64,000 bases of DNA from Gammaproteobacteria bacterium (GTDB lineage Bacteria > Pseudomonadota > Gammaproteobacteria > Magnimaribacterales > D2472), in NCBI GenBank assembly GCA_038108875.1, contig JAYNII010000001.1, forward strand, positions 35,450-99,449, read 5' to 3'. The notes under the pieces are model-generated. The model ran no database searches and was not told where the DNA came from. It saw nothing but the letters and a program-made list of their open reading frames with translations. Of this stretch, positions 48,580 through 56,787 are shown one piece after another (the stretch's first letter is position 1; each line of letters starts with the position of its first letter). Position numbers and translations under genes: made by a program.

Positions 48580-48994
48580 ACTTTTTTCTTTTCATCTCGC
48601 CATTCCTGTATTTGATCTTATAAATTGTGCAATTTTTTATGAAAAACTATTTTCCTGTACTAGAGGACGCTCATCTGAAGACTGGATTGATCTTAATTTT
48701 TTCAATCATCAGTTAGTTCTTCATAAAGCTGCCTCTAGTTCAAAAGATTCAGCTATTAATTTTGTTGATGGGGACAATATTCCTGTCCCTCATTTTGGAG
48801 TGATCCTTGATTATAATTCTTTTGATAAGGTAGCCACCAACGCCCGAACTCAATGCATAGAATTTCTTATTGAACCTCGTTTACGATTTAAAGGCCAAGC
48901 CGGGGAGCAAATGACTATGTTTTTTAGAGATCCCTCTCACAACGTGATTGAAATTAAAGCTTTTAAAAATCGTTCTGATATTTTTGCTGCTTAA
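48569..48994 (+). CDS. VOC (glyoxalase/bleomycin-resistance/dioxygenase) family protein
   Basis: FHLAIPV...FY, VPHFGVIL and FFRDPSHNVIEIKAF follow the paired beta-alpha-beta-beta-beta VOC pattern. Confidence 0.6.
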   Translation: MQDKLFSFHLAIPVFDLINCAIFYEKLFSCTRGRSSEDWIDLNFFNHQLVLHKAASSSKDSAINFVDGDNIPVPHFGVILDYNSFDKVATNARTQCIEFLIEPRLRFKGQAGEQMTMFFRDPSHNVIEIKAFKNRSDIFAA

Positions 48995-49428
48995 ACCAAT
49001 TTTTGAATTAATGTGCCTAGCCTTCTAAAAGTAGAGCTAGAAATTTTCCAAGTATTATCCTGTCTTATGTAGGTATCTAAATAAAAACCTTGAATATTTA
49101 CTCTTATGGATTTTTTAAAATCAATCATGGAATAGGCTAGGCCCCATTGCCCGCTTGCCTTTTCTGCTTTGATTTCTATGACAGGATTTTTGCCATAGTG
49201 ACACTCTGTTTGTCCATCTTTTACTGATTTTTCTTTATAGACTTTTAACATCGATTCAGCAGAATTAAAAACTCCGAAATTTTCAAAATCAATAAGAACT
49301 AATTTTTCACTAAAGCATGATGCAATAGCAGAAGTATTGTGAGTATCGCATGCCTTGAAATATCTATATTTGAGTTTCTTTATTTCATCAATAGCATCAA
49401 GGTACAATATTTTTTCAGTATTACTCAT
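48991..49428 (-). CDS. NTF2/SnoaL-like protein
   Basis: IDEIKKLKYRYFKACDTHNTSAIASCFSEK is a SnoaL_4-like first helix. 145 aa. Confidence 0.5.
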   Translation of the reverse strand: MSNTEKILYLDAIDEIKKLKYRYFKACDTHNTSAIASCFSEKLVLIDFENFGVFNSAESMLKVYKEKSVKDGQTECHYGKNPVIEIKAEKASGQWGLAYSMIDFKKSIRVNIQGFYLDTYIRQDNTWKISSSTFRRLGTLIQKLV

Positions 49429-49439
49429 AGGGCAAGAAT

Positions 49440-49970
49440 ATGCTTAAACCAAGAAGAATTGTAACAGGGATAAATAACGAAGGTCGATCTGAGATCTTTC
49501 TCAATGACGTTCTAGAACCTTCTATTGATCTAGGAGGAAATTTTTTTATAGAGTTATGGAACTCAACACCAGATCCCTTAGAGCCCGCAAAAAGAAATTT
49601 TCCTGAATTAGAGCCAGTCGTGTTATCTCCCGGAAGAGGAGAGGTTAAAATCAGGTATTTTCAAATACCTCCTAGAAATGAGAATTATAGTCCTGAAGAG
49701 GTTGAAAACTTTTTTGCCCATGCCTTTGAAGTGATCGGTGCATCCCACGAAAGAACGGATACAAAAAAACATCCTGGTATGCATGCAACTCAAACTCTTG
49801 ATTATATTATTGTGTTGCGAGGAGATGTCAGTTTAATTCTGGATAATGACGAGGTAGTGTTAAAACCTCTTGATATTGTTGTGCAAAGGGCTACTAGCCA
49901 TGCTTGGTCTGTTAATGGAGATGAACCAGGGCTTTTTATAGCTGTGCTTATTGACAAAGATGTAATTTAA
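49440..49970 (+). CDS. Cupin-domain protein
   Basis: HATQTLDYIIVLRGDVSLILDNDEVVLKPLDIVVQRATSHAW is a cupin beta-barrel pattern. Confidence 0.55.
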   Translation: MLKPRRIVTGINNEGRSEIFLNDVLEPSIDLGGNFFIELWNSTPDPLEPAKRNFPELEPVVLSPGRGEVKIRYFQIPPRNENYSPEEVENFFAHAFEVIGASHERTDTKKHPGMHATQTLDYIIVLRGDVSLILDNDEVVLKPLDIVVQRATSHAWSVNGDEPGLFIAVLIDKDVI

Positions 49971-49979
49971 GTTTTTAAT
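49951..49979 (+). promoter_or_regulatory. Sigma70-type promoter (TTGACA-N17-TTTAAT)
   Basis: Exact -35 hexamer at 49951-49956, inside the end of the cupin gene. After a 17-nt spacer, the -10 TTTAAT lies at 49974-49979. Confidence 0.55.
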
Positions 49980-49998
49980 ACTGTATAAATATACAGTA
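49979..49998 (+). promoter_or_regulatory. LexA (SOS) box, gammaproteobacterial type
   Basis: TACTGTATAAATATACAGTA compared with the consensus TACTGT-N8-ACAGTA. It abuts the -10 element, covers the expected transcription start and ends 2 nt before the ATG at 50001. Confidence 0.75.
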
Positions 49999-50000
49999 TT

Positions 50001-50255
50001 ATGGCTAAGATAATAAAATTACAAATAAGCGATCCAATTCTTAGTGAATTTAATAATTCAATAGATAAAGATGCTGCACTCAAAACCATTGCCTTTAAAT
50101 TTTTTAATACCAATGTAATACAGGCTGCATCCTATCTAGGAGTAGGGCACTCTGAGAAGAATATTTTTTCTACTGATCTAAGCACTAATTCACATATAAT
50201 AGACTCCATTGATTACTACCAACCGGAGTTGTTCAGTGAGAATAGGTGTTCCTAA
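50001..50255 (+). CDS. Small hypothetical protein behind the LexA box (size and pattern only loosely DinI-like)
   Basis: 84-codon ORF starting 2 nt after the SOS box. No SD. Its 3' end overlaps the ald GTG start by 20 nt. Confidence 0.45.
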   Translation: MAKIIKLQISDPILSEFNNSIDKDAALKTIAFKFFNTNVIQAASYLGVGHSEKNIFSTDLSTNSHIIDSIDYYQPELFSENRCS

Positions 50256-51318
50256 AGAATTAAAAAATCAAGAATTTAGAGTAGGTCTTACCCCCCACAG
50301 TGTCAAAGTTTTAACCAATCAAGGACACGAGGTTTTTATTGAAAGCAACCTCGGAGCTGGTATAGGTTATTCTGATGAAACCTATGCTTCTTGTGGAGGA
50401 ATTTTGTGTAATTCTGCAGAAGAAGTTTTCTCTCAAAGTGAGCTTATTGTAAAAGTTAAAGAGCCACTGGATTCAGAACTTTCTTTAATCAATGAAAAGC
50501 ATACTCTATTCACTTTTTTTCACCTTGCTGGCAACCCCTCAGGAGTAAAAAATCTCTTAGATACAGGTAGTAGGGGTATTGCCTATGAAACAGTTACTAA
50601 TGATCAGGGAGGCTTGCCTTTATTGTCTCCCATGAGTGCTATAGCAGGTCAAATTTCTTTAACAATTGGGAATTATTATTTATTAAAACCTCATGGTGGC
50701 AAAGGGGTTTTATCTACTCCCTTGGATGGCTTAACTTCACGAGAGGTCACTGTTCTTGGAGCAGGTGTGGCAGGATGCAATGCTATCAAAGTAGCTGTAA
50801 ATCAAGGTTCGATCGTCAATGTTATTGATTTAAATGAATCGAAATTAAATCTTTTAAAGTCACAATATGGAGCAAAGATTAATACCTTTCTTTCTAACGA
50901 AATTAATATTCAAAAGTGCATAATTAATTCAGACATTGTTGTTGGTTCTGTCTACGTAATAGGTAAGCAGGCTCCCAAAGTAATCTTAAAACACCATCTT
51001 TCTTGCATGCAGCAGGGATCTATTATGATAGATATATCGATTGATCAAGGAGGATGCTTTGAATCGAGTGTTCCAACTACCCACGATGACCCAGTTTATA
51101 GGGTAGATGATATTCTCCATTACTGTGTTACCAACATGCCTGGCGCTGTTCCATTAACTGCTTCCGAAGCATTAAATAAAGCAACTTTACCTTTTATTGA
51201 GTCTATGGCAAATCGTGGAATAGATAATGCCTTAGATGCTTCAGAGCATCTTAGAAATGGACTAAATTTTGCAAAAGGCAGATTAATTCATCCCTCTGTA
51301 ATTGAATCATTACAATAG
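50236..51318 (+). CDS. ald: Alanine dehydrogenase
   Basis: (V/M)RIGVPKELKNQEFRVGLTP N-terminus, VLGAGVAGCNA NAD fold and HYCVTNMPGAVP. GTG start chosen to match the family N-terminus. Confidence 0.95.
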   Translation: MRIGVPKELKNQEFRVGLTPHSVKVLTNQGHEVFIESNLGAGIGYSDETYASCGGILCNSAEEVFSQSELIVKVKEPLDSELSLINEKHTLFTFFHLAGNPSGVKNLLDTGSRGIAYETVTNDQGGLPLLSPMSAIAGQISLTIGNYYLLKPHGGKGVLSTPLDGLTSREVTVLGAGVAGCNAIKVAVNQGSIVNVIDLNESKLNLLKSQYGAKINTFLSNEINIQKCIINSDIVVGSVYVIGKQAPKVILKHHLSCMQQGSIMIDISIDQGGCFESSVPTTHDDPVYRVDDILHYCVTNMPGAVPLTASEALNKATLPFIESMANRGIDNALDASEHLRNGLNFAKGRLIHPSVIESLQ

Positions 51319-51362
51319 TTTTTTTTACTACCTATTTTTTTATTCCTAGATATAATTATTTT

Positions 51363-51555
51363 AGGAGTCGTAGTAATCAGTGAATAAGGGGACTGGTTAG
51401 CTACTTAAAGCAATACCCTGTGCAGGAGGTGGTCTTATTTTTATTTATTTTAAACCAGGAAAATTGAGGTTAGCCTTCTGACAAAAGGCGACTGATTTCC
51501 GCCTGCTAAAGATTTAGCAGTTAGAGGCCTCATTTTATGAGGCCTCTTTTTATTT
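51363..51555 (+). ncRNA. Unclassified structured RNA element (candidate cis-regulatory leader or sRNA) ending in a strong terminator
   Basis: TATAAT at 51351-51356. A 12-bp hairpin at 51370-51404. Mutually exclusive small hairpins at 51473-51489 and 51487-51503. A hairpin at 51503-51520. Terminator at 51523-51555. No plausible ORF. Confidence 0.35.
51523..51555 (+). terminator. Rho-independent terminator
   Basis: AGAGGCCTCAT-TTT-ATGAGGCCTCT (11-bp stem) followed by TTTTTATTT. It lies 14 nt before the EamA ATG. Confidence 0.85.
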
Positions 51556-51568
51556 GTGGTTGTTAGTT

Positions 51569-52423
51569 ATGCATAGCAAAGATTGGAGCATATTAATTCT
51601 TCTAGCCGCTATTTGGGGCAGCGCATTTATGTTTATAAAAGTTGCGACACCAGATATGGGACCTACTTTTCTAGTCACAGTAAGACTTTTGCTAGCCGGT
51701 CTTATATTTACTCCTTTTTTGCTTCAAAAGAAATACCGAAAGCACTTTAGACCTCAATTTAGGGGAATAATGATTTTAGCTGTTACGAACAACGCACTTC
51801 CATTTGCATTATTTTCTTACGCTTCTTTGGGTGCAAATTCAAATATGTTGGCTATTCTAAATGGATCTACTGCCTTTATTACGATGTTGATTGCATACTT
51901 TTGGCTAAAGGAAAAAATTTCTCTTCTTCAACTTCTTGGTATCCTAATCGGTTTTTTGGGGATTTTAGTTCTAGTAAACCCAGCCAACGCTTCCACAACA
52001 CTTATTTCTAGTTTATCTTGCTTGTTTGCAGCAAGCTGTTATTCCTTTTCATCAAATTACATTCAAAAGTACGCTAAAGATGCAAACAAATTTGCGCTTA
52101 TTGGGTGGTCACTGTTGTTTGGTGGCTTAGTGATTGCCCCTATTGGGTTAATAAATATGCCAGATCATTTTCCAAACAATGATAGTGTTCTTGCAGTGCT
52201 GTGGTTGGGAATTATTTCAACTGGGCTTGCAAATCTTGGTTATGTAAGGTTAATTGAAAAAATAGGGGCGGTTAGAACTTCAACGGTTACCTATTTGATT
52301 CCAGCATTTGGTATTTTATGGGGTGCCTTGTTTTTAAATGAAGTTCTCACTTTATTCATTTTCTTTGGTTTTATCCTAGTAATGACAGGCACCTATTTTG
52401 CCACCAAAAATAGAGCTTCATGA
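51569..52423 (+). CDS. EamA/DMT-family transporter
   Basis: 10-TM protein with two EamA repeats (ILLAAIWGSAFMFIKV..., ...WLGIISTGLANLGY...). ATG at 51569 preferred over the upstream TTG. Confidence 0.85.
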   Translation: MHSKDWSILILLAAIWGSAFMFIKVATPDMGPTFLVTVRLLLAGLIFTPFLLQKKYRKHFRPQFRGIMILAVTNNALPFALFSYASLGANSNMLAILNGSTAFITMLIAYFWLKEKISLLQLLGILIGFLGILVLVNPANASTTLISSLSCLFAASCYSFSSNYIQKYAKDANKFALIGWSLLFGGLVIAPIGLINMPDHFPNNDSVLAVLWLGIISTGLANLGYVRLIEKIGAVRTSTVTYLIPAFGILWGALFLNEVLTLFIFFGFILVMTGTYFATKNRAS

Positions 52424-52749
52424 AGACTTTAGAAGAATTTGTATTTGAATCCCAAAAGGAGATACCCAGAAAAAATCTCAAGGATGTTAAACCAAATGCC
52501 TATATTATTGATGTAAGACAGGTTGATGAGGTAAATTCCACTCAGCTAATTTTGAATGCAGTTCATATTCCCAGAGGCAAACTAGAATTTGTAATTGATC
52601 AGTTAGAAGGAATTTCAAAAGAATCTAGTATTTATTTGTATTGTGCAGCTGGGATTCGTTCTGCTTTAGCAGGCATGAGTTTAAAAAAAATGGGTTATAA
52701 AAATGTATTTAATCTGGGAGGATTTGTTGATTTATTAGATAATCAATAG
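52420..52749 (+). CDS. Rhodanese-domain protein
   Basis: 109 aa with the active-site loop YCAAGIRS. ATGA overlap with the EamA gene. Confidence 0.8.
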   Translation: MKTLEEFVFESQKEIPRKNLKDVKPNAYIIDVRQVDEVNSTQLILNAVHIPRGKLEFVIDQLEGISKESSIYLYCAAGIRSALAGMSLKKMGYKNVFNLGGFVDLLDNQ

Positions 52750-54422
52750 CCTGCCGCTTGACCGTCTTTTCTTGACTCCGAAGCACCAAAATAAACACCA
52801 TCTTTTTTCATTATGGCCTGATAGCCTCCAAAAGAGCCTTTATCGTATTTAATTACGTGTCCTAATTCTTCTAATTCTTTTTCGATTTCCTTTCCAAAGC
52901 CTTTTTCAAGACTGATTGATCCTCCATCTGTCATTATTTCATCGGTTGGTTCAGATGAGCCATTATGAACTATCCTCGGTGCATCTCCGGCTTCCTGTAA
53001 ATTCAAACCAAAGTCTATTAAATTGATAACAATTTGAGCATGTGCTTGAGGTTGGGTTCCACCCCCCATGACTCCAAAGCTGACAAAAGGCTTGTCATCT
53101 TTCGTTATAAAAGCTGGAATAATAGTATGGAAAGGACGTTTCCCTCCTTTCAGAGCATTAGCGTGCAGGGGATCTAAACTAAATAACTCTCCTCGATCTT
53201 GCAACATAAATCCCAAACCAGGTGGCACCATGCCTGATCCCATACCGCGATAATTACTTTGAATCAATGAAACCATATTACCGTCTTTGTCAGCAGTAGT
53301 AAGATAGATTGTATCTCCATGTTTTAATATTCCTGCTTCATCAGTTAAAGCAGCTTTTTTAGGATCAATTAAAACAACCCTTTCCTGAGCGTATTCTTTT
53401 GAAATTAAAGTTTGAACATCTATATTATTAAAAGCAGGGTCTGCATAATATTTTGCACGATCAGCGAAGGCAATTTTTTTAGCTTCAACAAAATGATGAA
53501 TATATTCAGAGCTAAATAATCCCATTGATTTAAGATCAAAATTTTCTAACAAGTTTAGGATCTGCAAAGCAGCAATACCCTGGCCGTTAGGAGGAAGTTC
53601 CCACACATCGTAACCTCGATAATTAGAGGAAACTGGTTCAACCCATTCAGCTTGGTAATTTTTTAGATCTTCAAAGCTTAAAAAACCGCCTTGCTTTTGA
53701 ATAAAGCTAGCCATAGTTTTAGCAATCTCACCTTCGTAAAAGCTTGCTCTCTTGTTGGTGGCGATATTCTGGAGGGTTTTTGCAAGCAGAGGGTTTTTGA
53801 ACAGGTCGCCCTTTTTAGGAGTTTTTCCTTTTGGCATCCAGACTTCACTAAAATTTGGATAGACAGCAAATCTTTCAGCTGATCCAGCAAGATAGAATGC
53901 AATCAACTCAGAAACGGGAAATCCATTTAATGCATAAGCTATAGTTGGTTCAAATAGTGATGAGAAATCTTTGCTTCCAAATTTTTCATGTAGCTTGATC
54001 CAGCCATCGACAGCTCCAGGCACAGAGACCGGAAGAGGGCCATATGCTGGAATTTTTTCTAAATTATTTTCTTTAAAGAATTCTATTGAAATCGACTTAG
54101 GAGCTGGTCCGCTTGCATTTAAGCCATAGAGTTTTTTGGTTTTAGCATCCCAGATAATTGCAAATAAATCACCTCCGATACCGTTACCGGTTGGCTCCAT
54201 CAATCCAAGAGCTATATTTGCTGCAATAGCAGCATCAACTGCATTACCACCAGACTTTAGAATATCGAGACCTATTTGAGTTGCTAATGGATGACTGGTA
54301 GCTACCATCCCATTGGTTCCAATTACTTCTGATCTGCTGGCGAATGGTTCCCCAGTAATTCTGTCAAATCCTTGTCCGGTCATGCTGAGTAACATTATCC
54401 CTAGGAACGATATTTTTTTCAT
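52743..54422 (-). CDS. ggt: Gamma-glutamyltransferase
   Basis: Signal peptide, GGNAVDAAIA, autoprocessing site GDTIYLTTAD, and GGGTQPQAHAQ near the C-terminus. Confidence 0.95.
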   Translation of the reverse strand: MKKISFLGIMLLSMTGQGFDRITGEPFASRSEVIGTNGMVATSHPLATQIGLDILKSGGNAVDAAIAANIALGLMEPTGNGIGGDLFAIIWDAKTKKLYGLNASGPAPKSISIEFFKENNLEKIPAYGPLPVSVPGAVDGWIKLHEKFGSKDFSSLFEPTIAYALNGFPVSELIAFYLAGSAERFAVYPNFSEVWMPKGKTPKKGDLFKNPLLAKTLQNIATNKRASFYEGEIAKTMASFIQKQGGFLSFEDLKNYQAEWVEPVSSNYRGYDVWELPPNGQGIAALQILNLLENFDLKSMGLFSSEYIHHFVEAKKIAFADRAKYYADPAFNNIDVQTLISKEYAQERVVLIDPKKAALTDEAGILKHGDTIYLTTADKDGNMVSLIQSNYRGMGSGMVPPGLGFMLQDRGELFSLDPLHANALKGGKRPFHTIIPAFITKDDKPFVSFGVMGGGTQPQAHAQIVINLIDFGLNLQEAGDAPRIVHNGSSEPTDEIMTDGGSISLEKGFGKEIEKELEELGHVIKYDKGSFGGYQAIMKKDGVYFGASESRKDGQAAGY

Positions 54423-54434
54423 CTATATTCTCCA

Positions 54435-54511
54435 TGGCGCGCCTGGAGAGATTCGAACTCCCGACCACCTGGTTCGAAGCCAGGTGCTCTATCCAGCTGA
54501 GCTACAGGCGC
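54435..54511 (-). tRNA. tRNA-Arg (anticodon TCG)
   Basis: Reverse complement GCGCCTG-TA-GCTC-AGCTGGATA-GAGC-A-CCTGG-CT-TCG-AA-CCAGG-TGGTC-GGGAG-TTCGAAT-CTCTC-CAGGCGC-G-CCA. Confidence 0.9.
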
Positions 54512-54698
54512 AATCAAATAAAAGGTACCAGGGGTATGTTGCATGAGGTAAGAGCAAATAACCCAGTAATTATTATTAAAAACTTCATATCTTATTGTAC
54601 TTAAAAATCTCTTAGAAATGATTACAAGCTCAGGAAAGATTTGCATAAAAAATAAATTTTCATTTAGCTTTTAGTTATACTGATGAGTTTAAAAAAGA

Positions 54699-55793
54699 AT
54701 GAACTTTAATAATCTTCTCAATCCTGGTATAGACTCAATTCAGCCTTACGAGCCTGGAAGGTCGTTGGAAGAAGTCATACAAGAATATGAATTAGATAGG
54801 GTTGTTAAGTTAGCTAGTAATGAGAATTCACTGGGAGCTTCCAAAGCCGTCCTTGATATCATTAATCATACTTCAGATCTACATTTCTATCCCGATGGAT
54901 CAGGAGCTGCTTTGAAGTCATTGTTAGCAATACAAGAGGGTGTTAACAAAAACCAACTTATTCTTGGTAATGGCTCCAATGAGGTATTGGAGATAATATC
55001 TAGTGCTTTTCTAAATCCCAGCACTGAGGCGGTTTTTTCAGAACATGCATTTATAGTTTACAAGCTTGCCTCAAAATTAAGGGGATCAAAGTTTCATGAG
55101 GTTCCAGCTCTGGATTTTGGCCATGATTTAAAGAGTTTTAAAAACTATATTAATGAAAAAACTAGGCTAATTTTTATTGCAAATCCGAATAATCCAACCG
55201 GTACTTATAATTCTCATGATGAAGTAAAAGACTTGTTAAAGACATTACCAGATCATGTGATTGTAATTCTTGATTTAGCTTATTTTGAATATGTAGAAGC
55301 GAAGGATTATGTTAGGCCTTATGAACTCCTTGAAGACTTTCCAAATTTAATTATTACTAGATCATTCTCAAAGGCATACGGACTTTCCTCGTTACGTATT
55401 GGTTATGGGGTGGGGCATTCTGAATTAATTGAAATTCTAAATAGGATTAGACAGCCATTTAATGTAAATACTCTAGCTCAAAAAGCTGCTGCTGTAGCTT
55501 TAGGGGACCAAGAACATATTCGTAAAACTATAAAAAATAATACTGATCAAAAATACAGCATGTATAAAGTGCTCGACAACTTAAGATTGAGGTATATCCC
55601 TTCAGAAGGTAACTTCATTTCTATTAAAGTTCCTATGAATGGAAGAGATATCTTTCATACACTTATGCAGGAAGGCGTCATTGTTAGACCTATAGATTTG
55701 TATGGAATGCCTGATTTTATTAGAGTCACAATAGGCACCCCTGATGAGAATGCATTTTTCATAGCTGCTCTGAAAAGAGTGTTGGGACTTTAA
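54699..55793 (+). CDS. hisC: Histidinol-phosphate aminotransferase (class II aminotransferase)
   Basis: IQPYEPGRS, KLASNENSLG, NPNNPTG and the PLP-lysine region SFSKAYGLSSLRIGY. Confidence 0.9.
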   Translation: MNFNNLLNPGIDSIQPYEPGRSLEEVIQEYELDRVVKLASNENSLGASKAVLDIINHTSDLHFYPDGSGAALKSLLAIQEGVNKNQLILGNGSNEVLEIISSAFLNPSTEAVFSEHAFIVYKLASKLRGSKFHEVPALDFGHDLKSFKNYINEKTRLIFIANPNNPTGTYNSHDEVKDLLKTLPDHVIVILDLAYFEYVEAKDYVRPYELLEDFPNLIITRSFSKAYGLSSLRIGYGVGHSELIEILNRIRQPFNVNTLAQKAAAVALGDQEHIRKTIKNNTDQKYSMYKVLDNLRLRYIPSEGNFISIKVPMNGRDIFHTLMQEGVIVRPIDLYGMPDFIRVTIGTPDENAFFIAALKRVLGL

Positions 55794-55885
55794 TTTCTAT
55801 TTTTTCTAATTTAAGAAAATCTATTGAGTTTATATTTATTATATTCAAAGACCAAAGAAGCCTTGGAAAACTATAAAATAAAGAG

Positions 55886-56740
55886 GTGATCTTTCCGCTT
55901 ACCAATTTTAATCCTTTTAGAATAGGGCTTCACCCAATTGATAAACAAGATTGGTTATTTTTAAATGTTTCTGATTCAGCTTATATTAAGAATAAGTATC
56001 AATTAGCTCAGGAAAGGCTTAATGAAGTTTTTTTTGTAGCCGAAAATAATAAACAAGATATTTTTGAGCTAGCCTCAAAATTGCAATCAGAATTACTAAT
56101 CCAGGAACCAAAACTAAGCGATAGATTGAAGCTGGCAATGCAAAAAATGAATTTTAATTTAATCGGTCAAGATAATCCTTTATTGGCACTATCTTTTATG
56201 ATTGAAGATGATTTAATCATTTTGCAACAAGAGAACGGTTTTTTTCGAATGGTTGCCGGAGCCATATTCTCACCATCCGGGTGGTTATTAAAGGATAAAC
56301 AACTGCTTGATATTGATGCAATTCACTCTAGAGTTCCTCATTACGATTCACTCTTAGCGGATAGGCTGAAGACAATGTTGCTTAAATTGCCCACTGAGAA
56401 ACCTTTTGAAAGACACAACTGGTCTTTGTACAAAAGTAGTAATTTGTATCAACCTCCCTTAATCAAAAATGCTCACCACATTAACATTAGTTCTGATGCT
56501 GATATTCAGTCTTTGCACGTAAGAGTGGAGAGACAAACTCTCTATAAGCCAAAAGATTCAGCTTTAATTGTATTTTCTATAAAAGTTATTAATTATCCAA
56601 TTTCAGAACTTACAACTAATAAAACCCTTCTTAATAATTTTTATTTAGCTTTAGAAGAACTTTCAGCTGACATGATTGAATACAAAGGCTTGACCTCATG
56701 CATAGGATTTTTTAAAAAGTATCTTAAATCTTTTCTATAA
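55886..56740 (+). CDS. DUF3445-family protein (heme-dependent oxidative N-demethylase alpha-subunit-like)
   Basis: SD AAGAGG plus a GTG start. FRIGLHPIDKQDWLFL...KYQLAQERLNEVF and FSPSGWLLKDK..IHSRVPHY match my recollection of the family. Confidence 0.6.
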   Translation: MIFPLTNFNPFRIGLHPIDKQDWLFLNVSDSAYIKNKYQLAQERLNEVFFVAENNKQDIFELASKLQSELLIQEPKLSDRLKLAMQKMNFNLIGQDNPLLALSFMIEDDLIILQQENGFFRMVAGAIFSPSGWLLKDKQLLDIDAIHSRVPHYDSLLADRLKTMLLKLPTEKPFERHNWSLYKSSNLYQPPLIKNAHHINISSDADIQSLHVRVERQTLYKPKDSALIVFSIKVINYPISELTTNKTLLNNFYLALEELSADMIEYKGLTSCIGFFKKYLKSFL

Positions 56741-56787
56741 CTGAATTTTTAGGTTGAAGAGTCTATAATAATTTTTTTGGAATCTTT

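Noticed and set aside
47113-50000. Possible integrated genomic island at tRNA-Ser.
   Set aside because: There is no integrase, recombinase or phage gene. I found no direct repeat of the tRNA 3' end downstream; only an 8-nt chance match inside the VOC gene near 48931. It is kept only as a weak 'accessory islet' remark.
49977-50000. The AT-rich palindrome after the cupin gene read as a transcription terminator.
   Set aside because: The stem would be almost all A/T with no trailing T-tract. The sequence matches the LexA operator consensus precisely and sits exactly on a TTGACA-N17-TTTAAT promoter.
51363-51555. Assigning the structured element to a named RNA class (TPP, ZTP, glycine, SAM-II/V, fluoride, guanidine I-III, preQ1, c-di-GMP, SRP/4.5S, 6S, tmRNA).
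   Set aside because: Comparison by eye with the conserved cores I remember (for example CUGAGA for TPP, GACUGGCG...CCGCCUGGGC for ZTP, AGGAAGCAGC for SRP) gave only partial chance-level matches, so no class is claimed.
54313-54646. Two ORF-track entries (54313-54546 plus strand, 54419-54646 minus strand) in the ggt-hisC gap.
   Set aside because: Both run through the tRNA-Arg gene (54435-54511). Their open frames are explained by the tRNA and the ggt 5' end.
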